NCBI GenBank assembly: GCA_031291995.1 | Contig: JARLHZ010000039.1 | Location: 18,380 to 82,379, forward strand | From: Candidatus Doudnabacteria bacterium | Lineage (GTDB): Bacteria > Patescibacteriota > Doudnabacteria > UBA920 | Direction of reading: 5' to 3' | Length of the DNA stretch: 64,000 nucleotides | Shown here: in pieces, positions 37,713 through 47,900 of the stretch | Numbering within the stretch: position 1 is the stretch's first letter | How the letters are laid out: every line of letters starts with the position of its first letter | Made by a program: the position numbers and the translations under genes | Notes under the pieces: model-generated | What the model saw: the letters and a program-made list of their open reading frames with translations, nothing else | The model's database searches: none | What the model was told of the DNA's origin: nothing

Positions 37713-39143
37713 ATGAAAAAATTATTTATGCGCGCGGGATTGGCGACTGGGACTTTGGGGTTGATTATCGCTGGCGCCGCGGCGTTCAGCGCGTTTGAAG
37801 CGCATGTGGTCAATGTGACCGCGACTATAAGTAATGCCACGGATATTACTACATCGGCAATAACTTTTGGCAACGTGTTCCCGCAGGAAATTCTGCATAA
37901 CCCCGTGACGCTTGCCCTCTCCAGCTCATTTTTGAGCCAAAGCAATACCCGGGCCACCAGCGTGGACTATGTAATCAAACAAAAGCCAAAGTGCGCGTTA
38001 ATCCCCGGGATAACCGGAGACTTGCCGCCATACGCCGAAGTTGCCGATAACTCGGACGGGACTTTTGTCTGCCCCACTGGATACCAAGCTATGCCTCTGC
38101 TTTGCCCGTATCTTTCCAAGACTAGCCCGACAGAAGGCGACACCAGCGTCCCGTCTTTCCATGGCCCGACCGATTTAGCTTCGTGGACCGACGCGGTTAG
38201 CGTCGCGACAGAAGCTACCGGCCATTTGACCGCGGCAAACCCCAGCACCACTTGGGATATTGACTTGCACACCCCCTGTTTTTCCGGAGAATGCGCCCAG
38301 GACTGGAACAGCTTTGTAACCGGCGCTAACCCGGCGGTAACAACTACTTCGCAGCCTTATAACACGGCTTATTACCAGGCCTCCTCTACATATCAGGGTC
38401 TGCCCATGGGCTGCGACCTGTGGTACGAAGTCAGCGGAATTGGTACATCCACGGCTCCGAGCCAAAATATTGTTATGGTCGGCGCGGGGGATCTTGCGAC
38501 GAGCACTGTCGACGCCATCGCAAATCCTACAAAGTGGTTTATGTATAATGATGACAATAACACCATAGACAACACAATCGGATCCTTTGTCTCAGGACCG
38601 GCAACGCCGCCATACGGGACCGGAAGCGTCGAGTTTACATTAGGCGCAAATCCGCTTTCCCGCAAAAATATTGCGACCTATCAGTTCTCCGGTACTTCGC
38701 TTTCCGCCATCACGCAAATGTCTTTTGGGGCTTACTCGCATAGCGGAGTGGCCAGCTCAACCGAATCGCCGTTCTTTAATTTTAACGTCGATTTAGTCAA
38801 TTCAAATACTTTCCAGGGTCGATTGGTTTATGTGCCAAGCACCAATAGCGTAACTGTGCCTCAAGACGCATGGAACAGTTTCGATACCATTAACGGCGGC
38901 AACGCACTGTGGACCTGGTCGCATTTTGCCAGCAATGGCAACAAATGGCCCGATAACAATACCAACCAGTACCGCACATGGAATGATATTAAGACCGCAT
39001 TCCCAACCGCAAAGGTTTTGGTTTCAGATCCTTGGTTAGGCGTTCGCGTAGGCGAACCGGGACCGACAAACTATACCGGCGATGTCAATTTCTTTAGCAT
39101 CGCTACCGGCGGAACGCCGACGGTTTATGAATTCCACAATTAG
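37713..39143 (+). CDS. secreted surface protein, paralogue 3
   Basis: Nearly identical N-terminal 60 aa to paralogue 2, the same conserved Cys blocks, and a 250-aa unique C-terminal domain. Confidence 0.8.
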   Translation: MKKLFMRAGLATGTLGLIIAGAAAFSAFEAHVVNVTATISNATDITTSAITFGNVFPQEILHNPVTLALSSSFLSQSNTRATSVDYVIKQKPKCALIPGITGDLPPYAEVADNSDGTFVCPTGYQAMPLLCPYLSKTSPTEGDTSVPSFHGPTDLASWTDAVSVATEATGHLTAANPSTTWDIDLHTPCFSGECAQDWNSFVTGANPAVTTTSQPYNTAYYQASSTYQGLPMGCDLWYEVSGIGTSTAPSQNIVMVGAGDLATSTVDAIANPTKWFMYNDDNNTIDNTIGSFVSGPATPPYGTGSVEFTLGANPLSRKNIATYQFSGTSLSAITQMSFGAYSHSGVASSTESPFFNFNVDLVNSNTFQGRLVYVPSTNSVTVPQDAWNSFDTINGGNALWTWSHFASNGNKWPDNNTNQYRTWNDIKTAFPTAKVLVSDPWLGVRVGEPGPTNYTGDVNFFSIATGGTPTVYEFHN

Positions 39144-39249
39144 AAGACTCTGTAAAGTGGGCATTTACCGGCCCGTTTTACCGGGGTCAATCTTTCACGA
39201 ATCCTTCGTCTCCGAGAGGGGAGGCGGGGGAGGGTGAGGGATAAATTGT

Positions 39250-39330
39250 GAAAATAAATTGCAAATTAAAAATATCAAATTTCAAACCAAACCAAAATTT
39301 CAAAAGTGATTTTATAAGACTATTAAATAT
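39250..39330. repeat. AT-rich intergenic module R1 (AAATTAAAAAT..TCAAAT..CAAAAT family)
   Basis: Partial copy of the modules at 39876..39960 and 40490..40590. Confidence 0.5.
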
Positions 39331-39336
39331 AAAAGT

Positions 39337-39867
39337 ATGACCGAGCCAATGCCGAATTTTATAAATAAGATGCCTCCGGATTTAAGGCCGGGGATTCAAC
39401 CGAATATAAAGCCCAAACAAAGCCTGGGTATTCAGATGCAGGTTATGGAACCGGTAAAAAAGAGATCCGTGGGCAAAATTATTGCCTGGATAATAATTTT
39501 AATAATTGCCATTATCGCGCTTGTCCAATATCTTAACGCCGCCAAATATCCGGCTTTGGTCCAGGTAATAGACCAGGACCGCATTGGCGTAAACCCCACC
39601 GGTAATGCTTTGGACTTTGGCGATTTGCCACGGGACAAAAGCGCCGTGCGCACCGTAAATTTGGTCAGCAAAGGCAATACCGGCAGTTATATAATTGTCC
39701 TAAAAACGGGCGCTGTGGCGGACCTGCTTACCGTAGATAAAAATTATTTTACCCTAAAGCCCCACACTACTGAGCAACTGCAATTTACCGCCTACATCCC
39801 GAACTCGGCCGCTTATAAATATTATCGGGGAGAAGTATTGATATTCCAGATACCGAAGATATGGTAA
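39337..39867 (+). CDS. membrane-anchored protein of unknown function within the sipW cluster
   Basis: 176 aa with one TM (IIAWIIILIIAIIALV) and a beta-rich extracytoplasmic domain. Confidence 0.6.
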   Translation: MTEPMPNFINKMPPDLRPGIQPNIKPKQSLGIQMQVMEPVKKRSVGKIIAWIIILIIAIIALVQYLNAAKYPALVQVIDQDRIGVNPTGNALDFGDLPRDKSAVRTVNLVSKGNTGSYIIVLKTGAVADLLTVDKNYFTLKPHTTEQLQFTAYIPNSAAYKYYRGEVLIFQIPKIW

Positions 39868-39875
39868 AAGTAATG

Positions 39876-39960
39876 ACAAATTAAAAATTTTAAATATCAA
39901 ATCAAAATCAAATTTTAAAATTAAAACTTTGACTTGATTTGTAATTTGATATTTGATATT
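39876..39960. repeat. AT-rich palindromic intergenic module R2
   Basis: Arms AAATATCAAATCAAAATCAAA and TTTGATTTGTAATTTGATATTT are complementary. About 85% identical to R3. Confidence 0.65.
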
Positions 39961-39969
39961 CAGCAACTT

Positions 39970-40482
39970 ATGCCCACAATTGAATCTAAAATAATGTATA
40001 TGGAGCCGAAAGTAACGCCAAGGCCGGTGGCTATGCGGGTGTTTATTGGCATTGCAAAAGTTGCTTTGTATATCGCTTTTGTCGCGGCCGCGGTTTACTA
40101 CACCCCAAAAATTTTATCGCGAACCCTGCATACCCAGTACCCGCTGGCCACCATTACCTCCGGTTCCATGTGGCCGGTTCTAAAAGTTAACGATTTGATA
40201 TTAATGAAAGGCATAACCGCGGACCAGGCGCAAATTGGCCAGATTATTGTTTACCAAAGCGGCAAGGGCTATGTTATTCACCGGCTAATTCGCTTGCAGG
40301 ACGGAAAATTAATTACCCAGGGAGATGCCAACGACGTGGAAGACGCGCCGGTCAGCCCGAGCCAGGTGGTGGGACGGATTGTCTATGTTTTTGGCAGCCA
40401 TCCGTTCAGGATTCCATATTTGGGAATTGTGGCCCGGAGTTTGGGTCCGACGGTGCAGGAATTGGAGAAGGGGAGGAGTTAA
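39970..40482 (+). CDS. sipW: SipW-type (S26B, Ser/His) signal peptidase I
   Basis: N-terminal TM, catalytic-Ser box SGSMWPVL, then GDLILM and His box YVIHRLI. The ORF-track start at 39934 lies inside the palindromic repeat, so ATG 39970 (MPTIESK) is preferred; the start is uncertain. Confidence 0.8.
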   Translation: MPTIESKIMYMEPKVTPRPVAMRVFIGIAKVALYIAFVAAAVYYTPKILSRTLHTQYPLATITSGSMWPVLKVNDLILMKGITADQAQIGQIIVYQSGKGYVIHRLIRLQDGKLITQGDANDVEDAPVSPSQVVGRIVYVFGSHPFRIPYLGIVARSLGPTVQELEKGRS

Positions 40483-40489
40483 AATTACA

Positions 40490-40590
40490 AATTAAAAATT
40501 TTAAATTTCAAGTCAAAATCCAATTCCAAATTTTTAAATTCAAAACTTTGGCATTGATTTGAAATTTGACATTTGACATTTAGCGCCGGG
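40490..40590. repeat. AT-rich palindromic intergenic module R3
   Basis: Arms AAATTTCAAGTCAAAATCCAA and TTGATTTGAAATTTGACATTTGACATTT are complementary. Paralogue of R2. Confidence 0.65.
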
Positions 40591-40612
40591 TCTTTAGCAA
40601 ATCCACTTTATA

Positions 40613-43009
40613 ATGAACCAAAAACACCCGAAAATTAAAAAAGGATTGGATATCGGGGAGCCGAAAATCGGACGGTTGGTTTTAGCCGTGCCGAAACCTA
40701 AATCTAAGGCCAAAAAATTTGTGGCCATGGAAGACATCAGGGCTTCATTTTTAAACTCAGATAGAGATAAAAAGAAAATAGTAAAAATTACTGGTGTCAT
40801 TCCGAGCGCGGCCGGGGAATCCCTTATACCAAAAAAATTATCAAGCGTCGCGAAAACCCCCGAATTAATTCCGGAAATTGACACGGTAAAACCGGAAACT
40901 AAGCCATTAGTTACGACCCAGCCGTTTATTAGCAGTCTGATTATCCGGCAGAAATCGCGGATTAAACTTTTGCCAAAAACATTTACGGCTTTTAAGCTGG
41001 CCGCCTTGACTGTGTTATGCCTAATTGTGAGCATCCCGGCCATGTCGGCTTTTGAAGCGCATGTGGTAAACGTTACCGCCCAGTTAAAAGAAATTACCCC
41101 GCCAACATTAACGCCGCCCGGGAGTTCCGTGGCCTGGGACGACCATAACGGCGGCACTAATTTGTCCGGAAATATTAATGTGGTAATGAGTGATGGTTAC
41201 ATAGACGCGTCGGATATTTATTATACTTTCGGCACCGGCACCATTGACCCGGGCACAGTGCCCAATCCCGTTTGCGGCCAGACCGGGCCAAACGGCGGCG
41301 GGGGAGACAAAACCCTGCCCCAGCAATTAAGCATAAATGCCGATACCGTAATAAAAGCCATTGCCTGCGATGGGATAACCGGTACTGCTCACAGCAGTTA
41401 CGTAAACACCAAAATTTATTCCTTCGGCCAGCCGGTGCAAAATCTGGTCATTAATGAATTCCTGCCAAATCCGACCGGAACCGCGGCGGGCAACCAGGGC
41501 GTATCGGGCGGGCATAATACCGGCAACGGCGGCGAGTGGGTGGAACTCTACAACAACGGCACCTCCACCATAGATACCGACGGCTTCGTGCTGTATGACG
41601 ATTTTGTTCCCACAACCACTCCAGCCAGCCAAACCTGGACCACCAACAGCGATTTTAATTCCGTGCCTCCGCCCATAGAGGGCAGTACAACCGTAAGCGG
41701 AGGCAGTGTGTTATTGACTGCCGGTTCTTTGAGCGGGACATTTGAAAAAGTTTTTGACATCGGCACCAATAAAAAAGCTTCCTGGGGCAATGTTACTATG
41801 GCCAATACCATTACCGATCCGGCCGCTTTGGTTTGCCTGTCCGCGGCTACGTCCGACGACGGCGTTAATTTTACGCCTTACGTCAGCTTGGGCTTGAATT
41901 CGTGCGCCACTGCTTCCTCAACCTCCATCTCCTTGTCCCTGGCCTCCCTGCCCCAGTCGCGCTTTATTAAATGGCAGGCCGCTTTTAGCCGAAACGATGC
42001 GACCAAGGCGCTAAGTTTGAATTCATTGAGCATCAATTACAGTTTTGTTGATTACAATACTTATCACGAATTGGTTATTACGACCGACAACACCAATAAC
42101 ACGTTGGCGCCGGGGACAACTATTATGGATCCGGGCGACTTTTTGGTGGTGTACCGCGACGGCAATCCCAATTTTGATTTGGACTCGCAGGTTAATGCGG
42201 CATCTTTGTATGACGGCCATTTGTATTTGGGCGCGGGACTAATAGACAGCCATGCCTATGACCTGGGCGGGTCCGTGCCGGTTGGTAATTCCATAGCCCG
42301 CATTCCGAACGGCAGCAGCAACTGGGTCGACCCATGCCCCACGCCCGGCGCGCCCAATACGGCGGACTGTTTAATTCCGGCTAATGTTTCCACCACCACG
42401 CCGGACAGCCTGGCAGACGCCACCTCAACGCCCGATTCAACCTCAACGATTATCAGCGATACCGGCGCGACTTCAACTCCGGACACCGCAACTTCCACGG
42501 ATATTAGTGCTGGCGGCAGCAGCGTCACGGCAACTTCAACTGATGCCACCTCGACGCCCGAAGCTGACGGTGCGTCCGATACTACCATTTCCACTTCCAC
42601 GGACGCATCCGCACAAATCCCGCCGCCGGATAATTCCACAACCACGACTGTTTCAACTACTTCTCCCGATTTATCTACAATTACCACTCCGACGCCAACA
42701 CCAGGGACAACGGTACCCGGCAATAATATAGATCAGGCTCCGGCTGATAATTCTTCCGGTGTTTCCACGCCGCCTGTTTCTCCGCCGCCTGTTTCTCCGC
42801 CGCCTTCATCGGATCAAAGCGCACCGGCCAATCCGCCGGTTGACAATTCCGACTCCTCCAAACAGCCCGATGCCATAACCCCGCCGCAGCAAAACCAACA
42901 GCCCGCGGTTACCCCCGCCCCCACCTCCTCCGGCGGCGATGGCTCGCCTCCGCCTCCTCCGCCTGCCGATCCGACACCAGCCACCGCGGATTCATCTTCA
43001 GGCAGTTAA
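40613..43009 (+). CDS. surface protein, paralogue 4: cytoplasmic N-extension, TM with SAFEAHVVNVTA motif, lamin-tail-like domain, P/T/S-rich tail
   Basis: MSAFEAHVVNVTAQLKEI follows a 120-aa N-region that contains a repeat-derived segment (GVIPSAAGESLIP). LVINEFLPNP...EWVELYNNG matches the LTD fold. Confidence 0.75.
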   Translation: MNQKHPKIKKGLDIGEPKIGRLVLAVPKPKSKAKKFVAMEDIRASFLNSDRDKKKIVKITGVIPSAAGESLIPKKLSSVAKTPELIPEIDTVKPETKPLVTTQPFISSLIIRQKSRIKLLPKTFTAFKLAALTVLCLIVSIPAMSAFEAHVVNVTAQLKEITPPTLTPPGSSVAWDDHNGGTNLSGNINVVMSDGYIDASDIYYTFGTGTIDPGTVPNPVCGQTGPNGGGGDKTLPQQLSINADTVIKAIACDGITGTAHSSYVNTKIYSFGQPVQNLVINEFLPNPTGTAAGNQGVSGGHNTGNGGEWVELYNNGTSTIDTDGFVLYDDFVPTTTPASQTWTTNSDFNSVPPPIEGSTTVSGGSVLLTAGSLSGTFEKVFDIGTNKKASWGNVTMANTITDPAALVCLSAATSDDGVNFTPYVSLGLNSCATASSTSISLSLASLPQSRFIKWQAAFSRNDATKALSLNSLSINYSFVDYNTYHELVITTDNTNNTLAPGTTIMDPGDFLVVYRDGNPNFDLDSQVNAASLYDGHLYLGAGLIDSHAYDLGGSVPVGNSIARIPNGSSNWVDPCPTPGAPNTADCLIPANVSTTTPDSLADATSTPDSTSTIISDTGATSTPDTATSTDISAGGSSVTATSTDATSTPEADGASDTTISTSTDASAQIPPPDNSTTTTVSTTSPDLSTITTPTPTPGTTVPGNNIDQAPADNSSGVSTPPVSPPPVSPPPSSDQSAPANPPVDNSDSSKQPDAITPPQQNQQPAVTPAPTSSGGDGSPPPPPPADPTPATADSSSGS

Positions 43010-43019
43010 CAAACCAGTA

Positions 43020-43125
43020 TCATTCCGAGCGACCCTGAGGGAGCCGCCATCGGCGGCGAGCCGAAGGGGAGCCGAGGAATCCCTTAACTCTGATAATAAG
43101 TTTAATGTTAAGGGATCCCTCCGCT
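43020..43125. repeat. dispersed palindromic repeat, copy 3 (CATTCCGAGCG...GAGGAATCCCTTAAC / GTTAAGGGATCCCTC)
   Basis: Variant of the CATTGCGAG family with a 15-bp terminal hairpin. Confidence 0.6.
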
Positions 43126-44616
43126 CCTCAACAATTCCACTACAGAAGGAATTGTCTCGTCGGTCGGGATGACAGAGAATATAATCAAATGATACCTTTG
43201 TTCAAACATCATCAATTGCTAAAAAAAATCGGCCTGACCGCCCTTACAATTTTGCTCGTGGCCGGCGGCAGTATTTGGCAGCAGCGGGTCTTGCAGGTCA
43301 ACGCCGCGGTTCAGGTTTTGCTGGTCAGCCGCACGGCCATTGCGTTTGGTAATGTCTTTCCGGGGCAGGATCCTTCGGAAACCTACACCGTGCAGCTGGA
43401 TACGTCGAGCAATGGCGCAACATATACAACCGGCCTGACGCCGTTGCCCGGTTTGCAAAATTTATGTCCGTTTTTAAACATCAGCAGTATAGATTCGCCG
43501 GCCGAACCGGACACTTTGGGAGCAGCCACGCTCAAACGTCCCGGTGACACTGTAGACAATTGGCAGGTCCAGTTAAGCGTTCCTGGCATAAAAGGCGAAC
43601 TGTCGCAGGACCACGCCGGCGGCATAATTGTCCAGGGCGGAAATTTCGGCTGTAAAATTACCATTACCACAACTACCGATCCGGGAACGATTATAATTTG
43701 CAAAAACAGCGTGGGCGGCACCGGTACTTTTAACTTTACCGGCGATTTGGGAAAATTTTCCATCCAGACTTCTTTGCCGGCTAAAAATAACGGAGTCAGT
43801 TCAAATGGCCAGCAAACCGACCCCTGCAGCCAACCTCCCTGCCCGGCATCCGATGACCATACCACGGGGAGTAACAGCGGCATTGATGATAAAACCAAAT
43901 GCATTACTAATACCACCGTCACCAACTACAACAGCTCAACAATCATAAACGTGCAAAATACCGGCGCTGGCAGCGGCGGCAATGTTATTGGCACCAATTC
44001 CGGCGACGTCAACGGCGGCAAAAATACCAGCGGCAGCGCCACCAGCAACAGCTCGGTGACCACTTACGGAAATTCCATTAATTCCTCGGTGACAACCGGC
44101 GGCAGTAACGGCAGCGGCAACCAAATTTTTGCCAATCTCCAGTCCGGCAGTTATACCGTTTCGGAAAGCTCAAGTACAAATTGGAGCCTGTCTTCATTGA
44201 CCTGCAAAGATCCGGCCAACAATTCCATGGTGTCAGCCAGTTCCGCGAAAATACAGCTGGATTCCGGCGAAACGGTAATTTGTACTTTTGTAAACGAGCA
44301 AAATACCGGAAAAATTATTATCCGAAAAAAAACTGACGGGGGCAACGGCAGTTTTGGATTTACCGGCAATTTGGGTCAGTTTAATATTACGACCGCCTCC
44401 GGCCTGGGCAGCAAGACCTTTTCCGGACTAACACCCGGCGTTTATACCGTTACCGAACCGGCCGACCAAAAAGGCTGGAGTTTGACTGGTTTGACCTGCA
44501 GCGATCCGGGCGGAAACAGCCAAGCCAACAACCGCAGCGCCATTATCCGCCTGGCGCCGGGGGAGACCGTGACTTGCACGTTTACCAATTCAAAAAAAGG
44601 TAAATTGGGCTCGTAA
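43105..44616 (+). CDS. secreted surface protein, paralogue 5 (degenerate N-domain, SGGN-GDVN-TSG module, prealbumin-like repeats)
   Basis: Retains AIAFGNVFPGQDP and CPFLNIS...DNWQVQLSVPGIKGE blocks. C-terminal repeats GVYTVTEPADQKGWSLTGLTCSD. Confidence 0.7.
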   Translation: MLRDPSAPQQFHYRRNCLVGRDDREYNQMIPLFKHHQLLKKIGLTALTILLVAGGSIWQQRVLQVNAAVQVLLVSRTAIAFGNVFPGQDPSETYTVQLDTSSNGATYTTGLTPLPGLQNLCPFLNISSIDSPAEPDTLGAATLKRPGDTVDNWQVQLSVPGIKGELSQDHAGGIIVQGGNFGCKITITTTTDPGTIIICKNSVGGTGTFNFTGDLGKFSIQTSLPAKNNGVSSNGQQTDPCSQPPCPASDDHTTGSNSGIDDKTKCITNTTVTNYNSSTIINVQNTGAGSGGNVIGTNSGDVNGGKNTSGSATSNSSVTTYGNSINSSVTTGGSNGSGNQIFANLQSGSYTVSESSSTNWSLSSLTCKDPANNSMVSASSAKIQLDSGETVICTFVNEQNTGKIIIRKKTDGGNGSFGFTGNLGQFNITTASGLGSKTFSGLTPGVYTVTEPADQKGWSLTGLTCSDPGGNSQANNRSAIIRLAPGETVTCTFTNSKKGKLGS

Positions 44617-44692
44617 AACAGCTCTTTTTTCGCATTTATGGCCTGTTTTTGGGAATTGTAAAAAAATTATTTGAAAATATGGGAAAAATTGC

Positions 44693-44720
44693 TTGACAAA
44701 GGACGCAATAGGACTAGAAT
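44693..44720 (+). promoter_or_regulatory. sigma-70-like promoter (TTGACA-16-TAGAAT)
   Basis: Consensus hexamers about 210 nt upstream of the adhesin ATG, followed by a terminator-like hairpin. Confidence 0.5.
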
Positions 44721-44842
44721 GAAGAAAAGAAAAAATAGAAAAAAGTCATCTTGGTGCGTGTGAGGGGATGGCTTTTTACTTTTGATTGTCCCGGTAAATA
44801 ATCCCGGGAAAATATTTCGCCATTACTATAGTGCACGTGAGG

Positions 44843-44880
44843 CCCCAAAAGAGACCCAGCGTCTTTTTTGGGTTTTTTTA
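44843..44880 (+). terminator. terminator or attenuator hairpin in the adhesin leader
   Basis: Stem CCAAAAGAGAC...GTCTTTTTTGG followed by GTTTTTTTA, 50 nt before the ATG at 44930. Confidence 0.5.
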
Positions 44881-44929
44881 TTTATTAACAATTTAATTAA
44901 CGCGTAAGAAATTACGCAAGAAAAAATAT

Positions 44930-47900
44930 ATGAGAAAAAAAATTAAATCAATGAAGGCCAGTCTCTTCTTTTCCCTCGCCCTCTCCGCCGTCCTGGCGGC
45001 GGGAAGTTTGTTTGTCCCGGTTTCTCGGGCAATTGCCGCAATTCCGGTTGATGCGGTGCTGGGTGTAACGCAAATTACCGCGGTGCAAACTTACGCAACC
45101 GCGGACGGGAGTTATCAGGACGGATGGAGATGGGTTTTTGATGTCACTGTTCCGGACAGCCAGACGATTTTAAAAATGAAGTTTGCCGATTGGGTAAATG
45201 GCGCAAATACCATTCCTGCCGCCGGCAATATTCGTTTTTATTCAGAACAATCTACAAATGCCTTCGCTTCAACCAGTGCTATTTCCATTAGCGGCGCCGG
45301 TGTGTATAGCGATCTTATGTATTTGAATGGAGGTACAGATCTGAATGTAAATTTGGGTGGGAGACAGATCCAAATTACAGTGGAAGCCCGTATCCCGACA
45401 GGCTCAGCCGGCGGATCTTATTCCACTAGCTACGGTATAAACACTACGGCTCCAGCCACGGTTGTTATAGATACAAATAGCTTGGCGCAAACTTACGACT
45501 CCACGGCAAAAATTGTCAGTGCAACGACCAATCCGTTCGGCCTTGCTACAAGTATTACTTATAACGGATCATTAACGCCGCCAACTCATGTAGGCAGTTA
45601 TGCGGTTTTGGCAACCGTTACTGACCCCGGTTATACAGGTTCTTCACTGGCCACTTTGGTTGTCAGCCCCGCCTCGGTATCGGTCACAGCGGATCCCAAA
45701 ACTAAAGTCTACGACGGATTAACAGCGACAGACCCCACATTGACTTACACGGTCCTCCCGCCTTTGTTTGGCAGTGATACCTTTACCGGCGCGTTAACGA
45801 GGATCTCAGGTGAAATTGTCGGGGTATATCCGATAACACAAGGTACACTCTCTTTGAGCGTGGATTATAATTTTAATTTTATCCCCTCGACTTTTGTTAT
45901 TACCCAAGCTTCAGCTTCGGTTACTTTAAACGAAAGTGACTTGAACCAAACTTATGACAAGACAGGCAAAGTAGTAAGGGTTACGACCAATCCACCCGGT
46001 TTGCCCGTAACTGTCACATATAACGGTTCTGCCGACTTGCCGATTAATGCCGGTACATATGCTGTTGTGGCAACTATCGCGGATCCGAACTATACCGGAT
46101 CAGCGAGCGGCAGTTTGATAATTAATCCGGTGCCTCTGACTGTTACAGCCGTTATCGCCACCAAAGCTTACGACGGGACGACGGACTCCGCTGGGCTGGC
46201 TTCTATAACATCCGGAGCGCTTATTAATGAGGACACCGCGACTTGGACGCAGACATTTGGCGGTAAAGACGTAGGGAGTAATATAACCATAACTCCTTCA
46301 GGAACCATAATTGATGGCAATAGTGGAAAGAACTATATTGTAACCTTTGATAATGCGACCGGTTCAATTACCCCAGCGTCAGCGACAGTTTCAGCTGTCG
46401 GCCACGACAAAGTTTATGATGGCACCACTTCGGCGACAGCTAAGCTAAATGTTACCGGTTCGGTTGGTAACGATGTATTAACAGCATCCGGCACTGCTGT
46501 TTTTGACACTAAGGATGTTGGCAGCAATAAGGTAGTCACTGTTACAGGAATAACTCTTTCGGGAGCGACCGTTGGTGATTATACTTTTAATACGACAGCT
46601 AATACGACTGCCTCTATAAATCCTGCCACTCTGGCCATTACTGCAAACGATGCCGACAAGATCTATGGCGACATTAAGACATTCTTGGGGACTGAATTTA
46701 CAACAAGTGGATTGGTAAACGGAGACGGCGTTACGGCGGTCACATTAATAAGCGCCGGCGCGGCCACAACGGCTCAAGTTACGGGGTCGCCTTATGACAT
46801 TGTGCCAAGCAACGCGCAAGGGATCGGATTAAATAATTACACCATTAATTACACAAAAGGCAACCTGACTGTAACCAAGAAAAATTTGACAGCCACCATC
46901 ACCGCAGACGATAAGCCATACGATGGCAACAATACAGCAAGCATCAGCAATTGTTCTCTCAACAGCCTGGTAAACGGGGACGGGGTAACCTGCGCCGCTT
47001 CCGGCGGGACATTTATTAACGGAAATGCCGGCACCGGCATAATTGTCAGTGCTAGCGTGGATCTGGTCGGCGATAGTGGAAATTATACCGTTACTTCTCC
47101 GGTAACAACGGCAGCCAACATAACCGCGTTGCCGATTACGGTAACTGCCGTAACCGATACCAAAGTTTACGATGGTACAACCGCAGCCTCGGCGGCAACA
47201 GTCGTGCCGACGATAACAGGGTCGCTTGTTGATGGAGACGTTGCGAATTTTACCCAATCTTTTGCTGATAGGAATGTCGGAACTACAAAGACTTTAATTC
47301 CCGCTGGTACGGTGAATGATAAAAATGGTGGTAATAATTATGCGGTGACATTTGTTAACAATACAAACGGCGTAATTAAAGCCAAAGACTTAACAGTAAG
47401 TGCTACAGGTGTGGACAAACCTTATGACGGTACAATGGCCGCCACGGTTACTCTTACCGACAATAGAATCTCAGGGGATGTCTTTACCGATATTTATACC
47501 GGCGCAGTTTTCAGTGATTCTGGCGTAGGTGATGGTAAAACGGTTAGCGTATCAGGCATTTCTATTAGCGGCACCGATGCCGGAAACTACAATTTTACTA
47601 ATACTTCTGCAGCCACAACTGCTAATATTACCCCGGCTACTTTAACCATTACGGCAAATAGTACATCTAAGGTTTATGGCGTTCTGGCAACATTTGGTGG
47701 GAGTGAATTCACTCACAGCGCTTTGTTCGGAAGTGACGACGTTACATCCGTAACTTTAACAAGCGCCGGTATGGATGCCACAGCACCAGTTTTAGGATCA
47801 CCATATACGATTGCCGCAAGCAATGCAGTCGGTACGGGATTAAGCAATTATACAATAACGTATAAAAACGGAAATCTGACAGTGAATCCAAAAGTACTTC

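Noticed and set aside
39934-39969. ORF-track start of sipW at 39934 (MICNLIFDIQQL...)
   Set aside because: These codons lie inside the AT-rich palindromic module R2 that is duplicated upstream of the next gene. The in-frame ATG at 39970, followed by the TM segment, is the more likely start; the choice remains uncertain.
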